This document shows, one piece after another, positions 42,430 through 57,320 of a DNA stretch of 64,000 nt. Numbering within the stretch: the stretch's first letter is position 1; every line of letters starts with the position of its first letter. The notes under the pieces are model-generated. The model was not told the origin of the DNA. It searched no databases and worked only from the letters and a program-made list of their open reading frames with translations. This DNA comes from Eledone cirrhosa (Eukaryota): the NCBI GenBank assembly GCA_964016885.1, contig OZ024742.1, forward strand, positions 280,798,001 to 280,862,000, in the 5' to 3' direction. The position numbers and the translations under genes are program-made.

Positions 42430-44600
42430 TTCATGGTGCTGAATGCTGGACAAACCTTAGGCTGGTCAGTGGGAATTTTAAAGTTGTAATAATGCCACTA
42501 TTAGGTGCAAGTTTGTTACACTTCTGACGAAGTTGGATATTATTCACCAGAAAGACCATAAGATCAAAGCCCAAATTGTCCAGCATCTGGAGGAGATGGA
42601 ACGGGAAAATAACTGGAAATGCTTTAAGTGAATAATTTCTGCTGCGGTGGCTGATTTTGCAAAACGCAAACACCATGTTTGGTATAATGAGAAATAAAAT
42701 AAGATATATAAATTACGGTCGGTAAAGAAGAGAATTCTTTTGACCTTGCTCAAAGGTGCCCCTCTGCCACTGAAGAAATATGATACACAAATGCATTTAA
42801 CGATGTGAAATTGTGTGTCCAACAACAGTTGAGACACATACATGGTAGAGTACCAAGACTGACAGAATTCAATCTCCCTCCTATAACATCAACACCAAGC
42901 TATTGAATAATTTCCTTCGCGGAGTCTACCGGCCTTCAACTTCTCCTGTTGTACCATTATGCACTAAATAATTGTTTCTCCTTTTGGCACAAGGCCAGAA
43001 ATTATCCAGTACATTACTGGTACTTTATTTTATCGACCTCGTAAGGATGAAGGCAAAGTTAACCTCGGCGGGATTTGAACTCTGATCAGAAAGTGACGCA
43101 ACTCTATGCTGGAAAGCATGTCCAACCTCATATCATGCAACCAAAGGAAATATGGGACATGTGACAACAGAACTTTCACGAACTTTCACGGATATCGATG
43201 AGACGTTTCTTGAGTCAATACCATAAAGAATTGCCTCTGATGCTCTAGAAGGAGTTCCATAACAGTGGCATTTCTCTCAGTATGGATGGTTGTTTTGAAG
43301 AATTCGTTAAGTAGAGGAGTGAAACCTTAATGCATTGTCTTTTTTCTTTGATACAAAAGGTTTAGACAGAAGATATAATACTTCAAGACTGGGAGGATGT
43401 TCTAATGGTTGTCACATATAACGGGAAGGTGTGGAGATGATTGTGGAAACTATAGATGTATAACTTTGCTGTCAGTGGCTAGAAATGCCCTGTGCTGCGT
43501 TATGCTTCAGAGACTTACGTTACATACTGCCGACGATGTTGTTTCAGAATGTCAATATAGTTTTTGACATGACAAAGTGATAGTGGATATGATATTATCG
43601 GTCAGAAAGCTTCAGAAAAAGTGTATGGAACAAAGAGTTAATCATTTTCAAGTGTTCATTGATCAGACAAAGGCATTTGACACAGTTAATAAAGAAGTTC
43701 TTTGAAAAATACTTGGAATAATTGGCTACACGGTCATATTCTTGGCAATCCTGTGTCAGTTATATGATGACATGTAAGCGTGGGTGAATATTGGTGGAAA
43801 GGTTCAGAACCTATAGTTGTAAGAGGTTACATAACACCAAAACTGTTTTCACTGTTCTTTGCAGTAGTATTGTTAATGGTATTTATAGACCATCGATATG
43901 GAACATGCATCTGGGACGCTTTTCAATATATGACGCGCTGGTGCTAATACTAAGATCGGGAACTCACTGTTGACAGAATTTCTGTAGGTGAATGACTACG
44001 ATCTCTGACCTCACGGAGGAAGATATGCAGCAGTTAATGGACTCCTTCACCAGTGCGAGTTCTGTTCTTGGTTTAACAATCATCTTGAAAAGTACTGTAG
44101 CCATGTATCAGCCAGCACCAGGAAAAACATACGTAGAGACAAATATAAGAGTGCATGATCAGGAAATTAGGGTGGAGGACAGGTTTGTGTATTTTGGCAG
44201 TACAATAAGCATGGTAATATATGTTGTGAGACTGGAAAATAGAAGTTTATCCAATCAGTTTCTCTATTCTGAGCTGAGGGATGGCAATTGACCACATGAA
44301 CCTAAGATAACGTTTAAAGACTTTAGAAACACTTCTCTGATGAAACCTGGTGTCTCTGATGGCGACTGGGAACAAGCTTTCAATGACCGAACACAGGGAG
44401 GCGAAGCGGTATATGTAGGAAAAGTACACTTTGAAAATGTCCGAAGAAATAATGAAAGGTTTAAAAGAGACGTGAAGAAGGATGTTAATGTCGAATTGCC
44501 AGCAAAGGGGAGTGGCAAGGAATGTGCAATGAGTGTGAAGAATACTGATATGAGAACCAGTACAGCCATGGCAAAAGGTCTGCGAATTAAAGGGGAAAGG
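42430..44600 (+). mobile_element. Decayed RTE (BovB-like) LINE
   Basis: KRKHHVWYNE, CGNYRCITLLSVA, DMILSVRKLQKKCMEQ, FIDQTKAFDTVN, FVYFGSTI, DWEQAFNDR. Confidence 0.9.
42967..43120 (-). mobile_element. SINE nested in the RTE
   Basis: Reverse complement of the 2005-2590 unit. Confidence 0.88.
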
Positions 44601-46066
44601 ATTCAAATATCAGATTACTTGGAAGATCTTGAATCATCCAGTCTTATCATTAATGGTACCAAGAGATGTTGTATCTGTCTTATTGAGGAATGTAGAATAT
44701 TACAAAGTTTGTCATCTTCGATGTATACTTATTTGAACTCAATGGCCAAATGTTTAGATAATAACTCCGTCTCAAAAGCTAGATGCTTGCTATGTGGAAA
44801 TGTTCAACAGATTTGACTGATGTTCAATTACCTCAATTTCATTTAATATATTTTTTTTCTCTTTCCACACTTACATAATACACTACCCCTTCTCTACTCA
44901 TTTAGTCCATACCTCAATAAATATTACCATGTTTACATTACATACCACCACATAATACCTTTTCTCGGTTATAGGCGACAAATACTAATAAGTGTACGAT
45001 TTCGATATTGTAAGTTTATATCTTGGAGTTATTTCTCTTTTTTTAATACGCTTTTCATAAAGAAGCGCTTTTAGCATGCATTACCTTTAACGGTAACGTA
45101 TAAACTCGTATAAACGCCTGACAATCAGATCACAATTTTCCTCCATCTTACATTCCAGAGATATAGTCAATTTTGGCTCTTGAAACCTTAAGTAGCGATT
45201 TTGTTCCGTGTATGAACATAAGTAAATAAAATAATATATTTTAGTTCTTTTTTCGATTGAGCAATTTTCTTTTTTCCCTCTTTATATCTACGAATATTGA
45301 ACCCCCAATCACACACACACACACATATATATATAAATATATATATATACAATACATAAACAGAGAAAGCCTTAAGCGATACTCCAACCAACTCCATCTC
45401 ACTCAACAAACATTAGGATATACTAAAGTATTATCCCAATTTAGTGTTTGGGGTGCTAACTAATCAGTATTTCGTGGATAATTGGTTGTATTATTTTATA
45501 TGAGACATTATTAAATAAATATCTCATTTCTTCCAGGCGGCCGTTTCGTTTTAAGATTTCTACAATTTGGGAGAAATAATTTCCAGGTTATGTAGAAAAT
45601 CGTATATAAACCATAGTTTTATACACAAGCGGGCACTTATAAACTCATCAGTGGATGTCCACTCAATAATGATATAAGAATTATATCGACATTAACAGAT
45701 TAGTGATGGTCTCCCTCAGCGCTAAGAAGAGACTGGTAGATTAAAATTCAGCAGTTCTCTCAAAGAAAAAAACACGCTGCCCTCAAAAGGGTAAAGGGAG
45801 GTCATCTTAAAATAAAACAATATACACGCTGGTCAATTAAGCCTGTTAGCTATTAACCATGTGTATAGACAACTAATTCACGCACAGAGATATTAAAACA
45901 TAATAAATACATGTATGGATCACCCATATACACACATAGCTATTCTCTAAGGCTAAATCAGACATGGGATAAAAGGAAGATCAATCAGTATTTCATATTA
46001 AAAAAATAATAATAAAGATAGTCCTACCCTATATCTGGACTCCACATCAATCTTCCAAGAGTATAT

Positions 46067-46138
<72 letters not shown>

Positions 46139-46186
46139 ATCGTGCTGCTCTGAAATAGATATGTATATATGAATGAGCGTGTTCTA

Positions 46187-46403
46187 TATTTAATAATATA
46201 CTGTATGTTTATTTTAAAACATTTTCAAGGCCTTTCACTATGAATTTAAAGTAGTGAAGTGCGTCACATATCTAGCTTCAGCAAAAAGTGTTATTTCCCT
46301 TTGTTTTTGCTGAAGCTAGGTATGTGAAGTTAGTCACTACCTTAACTTCATAGCGAAAGGCCTCCAAACTGTTCTGAAAGAAGCATATAGTATATTATTA
46401 AAT
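46187..46403. repeat. Diverged palindrome (~100 bp arms) beside (TA)n
   Basis: TCACATATCTAGCTTCAGCAAAAA mirrored by TTTTTGCTGAAGCTAGGTATGTGA; outer ATTTAATAATATAC / GTATATTATTAAAT. Confidence 0.8.
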
Positions 46404-46458
46404 ATACAATACGTACATTCATGTATATATATATATTTATTATATGTGTTTATGTGTG

Positions 46459-46549
<91 letters not shown>

Positions 46550-46860
46550 CAAAAACAAAATTTAAGATAGATATAGTTAAGCAAATAGAATTTCACGCTC
46601 AATGTGGTTTCACACTGAGTAAAGGAAACGCCTCAATTCATTTGAGGTACATTCGCTAGGGAATAAAGAATGAAATATTTTAAGAAACCAATGTAACTTG
46701 TTATAGGAATGCGTATTGTCTCACCATTTATATAGCAATGGATAGATACAGAATATGAAGCAATTGAAGTCAGTTTTCCTGTTGTATATGATTGAACAAA
46801 ATTGAGATATAAAAATGTAAAAATAAAAGAGAAATGGTGAAGACTCGCTGAAGCTACTAT

Positions 46861-46891
<31 letters not shown>

Positions 46892-47783
46892 AGAGAGAGA
46901 GAGAGAAAGTTATATGTTCATTCATAAAAACATTGATTTTAAACTATAATAAATCTAGTTTAACATTAATTCCTCTATAACAAAATATTATATGAACATG
47001 ACTTTGGTGATATTTACAATTAGCGATGATAACCCGTGTATCGCTTAAACATATTTAATCTTTATTGTCAGTTAAATGTTTTCATCCCTATCCTTGCCTA
47101 TCCCTTCATTATAGCATCTTATATAATGTACAGTTTTCTAACATTATGTCGTATACTGTGAATGTTATACTTCAGGAATGTTTTCGTCCTAATATGTAAT
47201 AGATAGTGTCATGCATTCTTCTATCCCATCTCTTTCTCTTTATCCCGCACTTAGTTAACAATTATGAAATTGCCAATTTTATATGTTTATATATTTCTCT
47301 GAATGAATTTGAGAGTTAAAAGCAAATTCATCAACACAGACATCACTATATATTGACTTTTTTTATTATCTTTTTCATCACTTTCCTTTTAAAACAGGTA
47401 TCCGACAAATTAAATATAATGTTTCAATTCCCTGCCTCCTTCATATATATACATACATTAAAAGTTTGAATAATACCAAGGATTTAAATTACAAATCAGA
47501 AGTTATAACTCAATATAGGTGGCTCTGTTCAGTTAGAAACGGCTGTCAGTTTAAAACTACTTTAAAACCTTGGTATTATTTAAACTGTTGATGTATAACA
47601 GTTCTGAGTGGCACCCACTGCATTGAGCTATAGATCAACCTGTAAACCAGTATCACTACTAACATTCATATTATAAATATTAAGTTAATATTACTATTAT
47701 ATATATGGCGGGGAAGAGGGGGGGGTGCTATATGTATTTATATTTATAGATATATAGAGAGAGATAAAGTTAGAGGGAAAGTT

Positions 47784-47863
<80 letters not shown>

Positions 47864-48749
47864 AGGAATGGATAGATCGATTATTTGAAGAATGATGGAA
47901 ACGAGATGTAGATCAACACCAAGAACCCCAATGAAAGGGAGATCCTCATCAAGAAAGGCATGATGAAGGAATGGCACAAAGACAGATGAAGTCATTCTGC
48001 CAGCGAAGTATGATTGGCAACCTTATAGAAGGTACAGTACTTTTATATATGTAGACACACATTCACTTGCATTGACCTACACATCAGACTGGAAGTATCT
48101 GCACTTTACTATAATTATTTGGAAAGAAATACGACACTTGAGTTCTTTTTGCCAGCGGAGTATGGCAGACATCATTGACAAAGGAATAGTGCTGTAATAT
48201 CGATAGACCTCTTTACAATGTCACTTGCAATGACCCACACATTTGACAGGAGTTATCTGCACTTGACTATAAATATATTTAGAAACCAAATGGTTGCAAG
48301 CTGCAATTCTATTCAAATCAGCGGACAGAGGTCAGGTTCTTTTAATATCTGAGTGCACATATATTTATATAGTCAGTAACATATACGATAATGGACGGAA
48401 TATCATTGATTGGCCCACTGTCCCATTTTTTCGATCATCCGCCTGACGAAATTATTCTTAACAAATACAAATAAAGAAATTTATATCTGTATATATATAT
48501 ACATGAGTGTGTCAGTGTGTGTGTGTAAGTGCGTGTGCATATGATGTCTAATTACATATATATGTATACACGCAATTCGTGGAGCAAATAGATACACACA
48601 TATACACATATTTAGTAAATATTTATTCTTAGATGCATACGTTCATAGAGTCATATATTTGCTTGTATGTATATATGTAGACCAGTTCTTTTGGGGCAAA
48701 TGCAGTCGATTTGCAGGGATTAGTATAGGCTCTGTGCAAAGCCTTTCCA

Positions 48750-49590
48750 CAATACGATACATCATCTCACCTCTTTTATTATTGATGTTATTGATGTTCT
48801 TTTGAGAGAATCGTTTTTGCAAATGATTGAAAATATCGAATAATGTACGCCATTTTTGCCAGTGCCACAAAAATACTGGTCCATCCAGAGACACACACAC
48901 ACACACACTTCTCCGTATAAGACAAGAGCTGAAAAATATGTTTCAACATGTTAAAATAATCCCCCCCCCCACACACACACGCACACATTCCTACTGACCG
49001 ATTCATTTCCATTATCACAACAATGAACCACTCTACTACACACACGCACACACACAGACATTTATTTGTCTTAATAGACACTTGAACTCTTGACTTGTCA
49101 ACATGACTGCAACTCAATCAAGCGGAAAAGGACACTCTTCGACAAACCTACATTTGGCGCGAAACCAGTTCGCGCTAAATTCAATTTAAACATTCACGTG
49201 ATGTCTACCGACCAATCAAAATTGTTTTGACTACAAGAATTTTGGCACCACGAATTGGCGCGAAATTTATAGAGCTTATTCACGTGACATTCAACAATCA
49301 AACCAAATCTTAATATCTCTGAAGCCAATTTTTCACATAAAACAGGATGAATTTCAAAAACTGATCAGATTAGAGCAAAAATCACGGGCGCTCTATCTCA
49401 AAATTATTTTTGAAAAGCATTAGAAATGCGCAACCGGTAAGAACTCAAACCTAAAACTGAATACGAACTAATACTTATTACTAATTTATACTTATTCCTA
49501 ATCAAACTATTTTTCACTGGAAAACATTTGTCAGCATTTTCTTTTCCTTTTTTACTAATATATCACAACAGTTGTGTCACACATCTATTT
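48750..49590 (+). mobile_element. 5'-truncated copy of the Neptune-type PLE 3' region
   Basis: Collinear with about 19205-20196, ends in (TA)n at the same point. Confidence 0.88.
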
Positions 49591-49657
49591 ATATATATAT
49601 ATATATAAATATAGTGACGAAACATAAGTCAATTGTATAACTCATAATCCTTTATTT

Positions 49658-49713
49658 ACTGCTATATATATTTCGATGATAGCCATTGAATGGCTATGAC
49701 CTCATCAGGCAGT
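49658..49713 (-). ncRNA. Type I hammerhead (family D variant)
   Basis: ACTGC-CTGATGA-GGTCATAGCCA-ttcaa-TGGCTATCATC-GAAA-TATATA-TA-GCAGT. Confidence 0.87.
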
Positions 49714-49888
49714 TAGTCACTTCTTAGATATGCCAGCTCTGTGTTTATTAGTGTTGATGGTATCAGAGCCTTGGGACATATGAGCTTGTTAGGAATAATT
49801 TAATGTTGTCAGCAGTAATAATCTTGATTCTCATTGGTAGTAAGTTTGGTATTGACTATATATGTATATATGGATGTATATATATATA

Positions 49889-50824
<936 letters not shown>

Positions 50825-51020
50825 TATATATATATATATATATATAGATATAGATGGGTAAATATACACGGGTGTGTATGATTGTGTATAGAAGATTATA
50901 TTAATAAGAGGAATTCCAACTTTGTCTGATTTACTCGTTTTATTTACAATCCTTTAAAATATATATAATATGGTATTATAATGAAATAGTATGATAGAAT
51001 ATTAAATTCTAAGTGTTAAT

Positions 51021-51059
51021 TGAACAAGTACTTTCATGCTTTCGCAATCTTCAGGTTCA
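51021..51059 (-). ncRNA. Type I hammerhead (family E), mirror copy
   Basis: Reverse complement of 51133-51171. Confidence 0.75.
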
Positions 51060-51132
51060 TGATATGTGGTGACAGTCGAGTTTGCAATTTTCAACTGTTG
51101 AAAATTGCAAACTCGACTGTCACCACATATCA

Positions 51133-51171
51133 TGAACCTGAAGATTGCGAAAGCATGAAAGTACTTGTTCA
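51133..51171 (+). ncRNA. Type I hammerhead (family E)
   Basis: TGAAC-CTGAAGA-t-TGC-gaaa-GCA-t-GAAA-GTAC-TT-GTTCA. Confidence 0.75.
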
Positions 51172-51283
51172 ATTAACACTTAGAATTTAATATTCTATCA
51201 TACTATTTCATTATAATACCATATTATATATATTTTAAAGGATTGTAAATAAAACGAGTAAATCAGACAAAGTTGGAATTCCT

Positions 51284-51345
<62 letters not shown>

Positions 51346-51352
<7 letters not shown>

Positions 51353-53160
51353 AAGTTAAATAAAAGTCAAATGATTAAAATTTAGCTTCGTTTATTACTG
51401 CTATATATATTTCAGTGACAGCCATCTTTGGCTGTGACCTCTTCAGGCAGTTTGAATTAGTATGGTATAGACAAGTACATATGTTGTTTAGGTGTATGAT
51501 ATTGTCAATACTCTGATATGCCCAGTTCCTTGTTGGGTTGTTAATTCACTGGGGAACTGGAGTCATATGAATTCAAACAAACGAATTTTCGTGTCACAGG
51601 TCCCCTTCTCCTCTCATTGGTCAGTTATTAGAACATTCTTCATTCTAAGTGTTGTTATTGTGGAGTTAGCTTAAAAAATGATAAAATGGTAGAAGGGACA
51701 AGGTGTTGAAGGAACAAAATATCAAAAAATGTGTCAAACTTCCCATTGTTCAGTTCTTAGAGCATTCCTCAGTCAGAAGTCTATAGAATTCTTTCTGGGG
51801 TGAGGCTCCCTGTAGTGTTTTTGCCTGCTATTGTTCAGTACATTTGACCTCCACCATTATTTTGGTACTGTTGTTGTTGTAGTGGTCAGCTTATATCTTG
51901 CTGCTGCTAACAATTTAGAAGTATCCAGTTTGTTTGTGTTTTCTCTTCCTCCCACCCGCCACCATCGTAGTGGTGGTGGTGGTGGGGGGGGGGTTCTTTC
52001 ATGTATATGAAGAAATATATGGCAATAAATGAAGAAAACAGAAAATAAATAAATAATATAATAAAATAAAATAATTAATATAATTTGTGTAATTTGAAAA
52101 TAAATAAATAAATAGAGAATAAAGAATAAAGAGTAAATGAGAGATTGGTGAAAAGGTAATGATAATGTATATGGAGAAGTGAGAAATAATGTAGGATAAA
52201 GTGTGTGTGTGTGTGCTATAACCAATCTCAAGGTCAGAATATGTTGGATAGATTGGTATGAAACAAGATGTTAAGATGAGATATTCAATGTGTTTGTGTT
52301 ATAATCTATCTCAACTTAAAATAAATATAAGGTGATACAGTGAAGAGGGCAGAAAACAAATAACAAATTAATAAAGAGAAATCAAGATTTAAGATTGGAA
52401 CTTTAAAGTCAGAAATCTGGTAAATTAAAAGTGTTTGTGTTATAGATGTTGGCCAGATTATTATGGCTGTGTCCGATTCTATCTCTAGGCTATCATGGTG
52501 TCTGCTCCGCCTGGGTTGTTCCCTATGGCTTGAGGGAGTTCACAACCTAGGGTGTTGTAATTGCCCATATAGCTTGAGGGAGGTCTGGCCGAGAGGTGTT
52601 TTCATGTTCTGTAGAAGTCCCTATAGCTTGAGGGGAGTTCACATCTTCTTGTGTTGCTACTGTCCATATATTTTGAGAAAGGTCCCGGCTCTAAGGTGTC
52701 TGCATGTCCCGAAGAAGTCGGTTCTGAGGTTTATCAGGCCGCTTCCACCTCTTAGTATCTCGAGGGTCTCGTTCAGGCATAGTTTGCATATGCAAGATCC
52801 CCCTTTATCGGGTGGTACTTTCCTGATTATGTACCATGCCAGAGAGTATGGGGTCCTGTCCAGCTTAAGCTTCCAGATCAGGTCGGAGAGAGCTGTGCTT
52901 TTCCTTTTGGCCTCCTTCTTGAATGAATGGCGATGGTTGTACCAGCGGTCCTTAAAGCTCGTTGATGTGGCTCCTATGTAGAGGTGTTCGGAGTTGGGGG
53001 TTTTAACCCTACAACCGTACACTATGTTCTTCTTGAGACATTCATTACCAAGGGGGCATGATTCGGGGTTTCTACAGTTGCAGAGGGTGGTCGGCCTCTG
53101 CGTGCCTAGATTAGGGTTCTCATTATATGTTACATATGCATGTATAGGTTTTTGCAACAC
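51346..53160 (-). mobile_element. 5'-truncated Hydra-type PLE: GIY-YIG domain, long 3' region, hammerhead, (TA)n
   Basis: ORF 52657-53196: CNCRNPESCPLGNECLKKNIVY...YIGATSTSFKDRWYNHRHSF...CKLCLNE. Confidence 0.88.
51397..51451 (-). ncRNA. Type I hammerhead (family D)
   Basis: ACTGC-CTGAAGA-GGTCACAGCC..GGCTGTCACT-GAAA-TATATA-TA-GCAGT. Confidence 0.85.
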
Positions 53161-53760
53161 TGGCATGGAGGAACAATCAACATGCTTCTGGGTCATTACC
53201 CTTCATCAGCACTGTATACATATGCCAATATATTGAACGATTGAACATATATAGTATTTTCTTAAATATACATCATCTGAGTAGCGTCCTTTCCATACCG
53301 AGCGAGTTATGCATGGCCTTGCCGAAAACTGAAAAAAAAAATTAGAATTTTATTTCTTATCCTAGCATATAAATACCCTCATAAGACAATATTTTGAATT
53401 TAAGCAGAGGCTACGCGAAATAAATGATATAAATATTTATAGGGCTCGACTTTCGTTGGGTCATATCTGTCATATCATTGTTGTGTAACCTCTGATTAAA
53501 TGCAAAATACTGTCTGATGTAGCCATGTCAGCCTAAGAACGATTATATAACAAAAGAAAAACGATGGCGTTGCAGAAATGTGCATAACAATTAATATAGT
53601 TATGAAATTACTCAAACCTGTCTTGGGGCATTTTCGTGTCATCATACTCCGTTGTGTAATATGCGATCGCATATCACTGTTGGAGGCATACAACTAATGT
53701 GAATTGTTGAATCCGGCATACCCCATTGTATATGATTTAGGACGGTGAAAACCTAACACC

Positions 53761-53829
53761 CTTCTTCTTCTTCTTCTTCTTCTTCTTCTTCTTCTTCTTC
53801 TTCTTCTTCTTCTTCTTCTTCTTCTTCTT

Positions 53830-53858
<29 letters not shown>
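53761..53858. repeat. (CTT)n microsatellite
   Basis: Perfect trinucleotide run. Confidence 0.98.
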
Positions 53859-53860
<2 letters not shown>

Positions 53861-53874
53861 TTCCTGAGAGGGCC

Positions 53875-54201
<327 letters not shown>

Positions 54202-55145
54202 CTGTTGTTGTCTCTGTGTGTGTGTCCTCATTTTCGAGCCCTCTTTGGATTTTAGTCTTCAAATTTATTATTATTACTATATATATAGCAGGCAAAACGG
54301 CCGGAGCTCAGCCGTCGGTGTCCTGACTATGTTCCTATATATGTATATATATATATATATATATGTATATAAATATATTCGTCTCTTTCATTTGCTCTTT
54401 GTTTGTCTATCTTCTTATATATACACTCACAAAGACATCATGGAAGTGCAAAATGGAATCTTCTCCATCATATCATATCTCCATTCAATCAAATATTTGA
54501 AACATGAAAATACATGAAAAAAATTACAAATATGTAAATATATCTTACACAAGAGTCAGAATAGAATCTAATTGAAGAAACATCTGAATGTGTCCGTCAC
54601 TTCCGGCTATAGTTGTTTATCACTTGACTAACAAAGAACATTGTTAAGAATACTCTCATCAGCATCAACAGAATCACCAGTAACACATAATTACACGCAT
54701 CCACGACAATAAGGACAAAAATATCAACATACACATTCGAAATACAACAACAAATCCAGCCTTTACGACAACATACCAAGAACACCTTCAACAAATATAA
54801 CATCAATAGAGACACACCCGTGACCACATTATAATAACAACAACACACACTGAAACAACACATAAACAATGACAACAACAATACACACAGCAAGGACCAT
54901 GACATTATGAACCGACAGATATACAGCTACAGCATAACTAGAATAGCGAAAACAACTCTCACTGCAGCGCCCAGATCAATATTAACTCTTCTACACACAC
55001 AGCTACAACTCAACAACTACAACAGCACAGCAAACACCAAAATACATTTATGTTGACATCACCAGCATCATTAACAACCCAGCAACATCGGCTAGAAACA
55101 AATCGAAGAAATCTTGGCGAAAGTAGGATGAACTCCAACAACAGC

Positions 55146-55567
55146 AATAACAACTATAATAATTGTTTCTACTTTTGGCACAAGGCCAGCAATTAACCAG
55201 TACATTACTGGTACTTTATTTTATCGATCCCGTAAGGATGAAAGGCAAAGTTAACCTCGGTGGGATTTGAACTCAGATCATAAAGGGCCGTACGGCCTTT
55301 TATGGTCTGAGTTCAAATCACGCCGAGGTTAACTTTGCCTTTCATCCTTACAGGATCGATAAAATAACAACTATAATAATAAATGTTTCTACTTTTGGTA
55401 CAAGGCCAACAATTACTCAGTACATTACTGTTACTTTATTTTATCGACTCCTTAAGGACGAAAGGCAAAGTTAACTTCGACAGGATTTGAACTCAGATCA
55501 TAAAGGGCCGTAACTCTTTTCTGCAAAGCATGGCGTCCCATTCTCTACCGATACTGCCAATCCACCA
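55146..55567 (-). mobile_element. Two SINE copies; the first has a fold-back 5' end
   Basis: About 55217-55291 mirrored at 55292-55366 around GGCCGTACGGCC; AATAACAACTATAAT repeated at 55146 and 55363. Confidence 0.87.
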
Positions 55568-56344
55568 ACTGCAATAAGAGCATCAGCACCAAAATCACCA
55601 ATAACAAAACAATAACAACATAGAAACAAAACAACACAGTGTAAATTGTAACAAATCCAACAGACGTTTATGAGGGTAACTCCACCACCAACGACAACAG
55701 CTACATGATTGACATCAGCAACAATGGCAGGAAGGATTGTAAAGATAACAACATAACAACACACAAAATATATATTTATGACGATCATGCCATCAACGTC
55801 AACATTAACATACATATACCTAACTACGATAACAAGACAAGAACACTAACATCAATAAGACAACGGCAATAAAAACAACAAAATCAACAAGCAAGAGATA
55901 TCTATGACAATGACATCAACAACAAATGCATCTAGTCGAAAAACATTGCAACAAATATAGGATGGTCTGCAGCAACATCAACTACTACATAAGCAGCAGC
56001 AACAGCAACAACTATAACAGCAAATATTTCATATATGCATGCAACGTTAATAACAATAATAGGAATAGTATCAGCGATGTGAGCAAGAACAGGAGTACCA
56101 AAATATGTTTACAGTCGCCACTAGTACCACCACCAACAACACCCCACAACACCACTTCCAGCACCAATCCCACCACCACCAACACCACGCGCAACCAATA
56201 CTACTACACCCATTAAATTAATATATAAATATATCATATAAAATAAATAATATTTTAAAATTCATATATCTTATTGTAAGCTGTTACAACGCAGGTCTTA
56301 TCATGAAATGAATAAACAATTTAGGCATACATTTCCCTGTAGAC

Positions 56345-56677
56345 CAGAAGTTCTCAAAGTGGGCGCTAAAGCCCACGGGAGGCATTGAGAAGGTCAAGGG
56401 GTCACTGGGGCCTAGGAGGCATTATAGATGATATGATATGATATATATGTATCAATGATACTTATATATATAAATATAGTAAAATAAAAAATAAATATTA
56501 TTTATTTATACATAGTATATATTATATCATTTAATATATATAAATTAACGAATTTATTTATTATATATTATTTACAATTTGCATGTAGGCAGGTCTGTCT
56601 GGAAATAGGGTTGTGAGGTGGTAAGGGTATTAGGTGGTGGTGAGGGGGCGGTGGCCCAAAACGTTTGAGAATCTCTG
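56345..56677. mobile_element. Non-autonomous hAT (Charlie-like) element
   Basis: TIRs CAGAAGTTCTCAAA / TTTGAGAATCTCTG; 8 bp TSD CTGTAGAC / TTGTAGAC. Confidence 0.9.
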
Positions 56678-56692
56678 TTGTAGACTATAAAC

Positions 56693-56978
56693 CAGGTATG
56701 GGCAACCTTTTTCGAGAAGCGGGCCGCATCAGATATGTCTCATCATCGGGCGGACCGCAGGCGCTAATTTACGTTCGTGCCCACATTAAGAAAAGGGGTG
56801 ATAACTCAGGTTGTTTTGATTTGTTTCTTCAGAATTCGTAAACGTTCTTTTCATCGATTGTGAAAATGATAGAAAGTTAAATTACGACTGAATAATTGAA
56901 AGAAAAACATCTGAAATGTTTAGATGCCTTAGGCGAGCCATTCAGAAAGCTTCGTGGGCCGCAGGTTGCACATGACTG
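56693..56978. mobile_element. Second non-autonomous hAT element
   Basis: TIRs CAGGTATGGGCAACCT / AGGTTGCACATGACTG; subterminal GGGCCGCA motifs; flanks CTATAAAC / GTATAAAC. Confidence 0.85.
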
Positions 56979-57003
56979 TATAGTATAAACCAATAAGAGC
57001 AAC

Positions 57004-57320
57004 TATTTCACACACGTGTGAGAAACTCCTGTTTGCTTTGAATCATTTCTAGTACTGGAATCCGACTCATTCTGAAGTGTTCATGAGCATTCTCCGTGTT
57101 AAGCGAGGCAAGAAGCAGCACGAACTTTTTAACATAATAGGTTCAGGGAATGATAATCTATGTAGAAGCTTTTCACCGAGAGTAATTCGTCCGGATATCT
57201 TTTGAATCCTGGTTCTATATCTTCCTCATCAACCCCATCATTTACTATTTCTTCCTTCATGGCAAAGCTTAGATCTATCAAATTGATTTCCATAAGTTTG
57301 CTACTCATTTCCAATTTCCA
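57004..57320 (-). pseudogene. Possible PIF/Harbinger transposase N-terminal remnant
   Basis: Coding-like composition; EHFRMSR motif reached after a frame change. Confidence 0.25.

Larger units (their letters stand above)
50848..51288. mobile_element. Apparently perfect palindrome, 192 bp arms, 1 nt spacer (51096), ~55 nt tail, TA-flanked
   Basis: Arms 50904-51095 and 51097-51288. Confidence 0.93.

Noticed and set aside
44340-44816. 158 aa ORF as a novel gene
   Set aside because: The first half is the C-terminus of the surrounding RTE LINE.
54600-56220. Coding exon (poly-T/N/Q)
   Set aside because: Cryptic (CAA)n-rich low-complexity DNA interrupted by SINEs, with no sustained frame.
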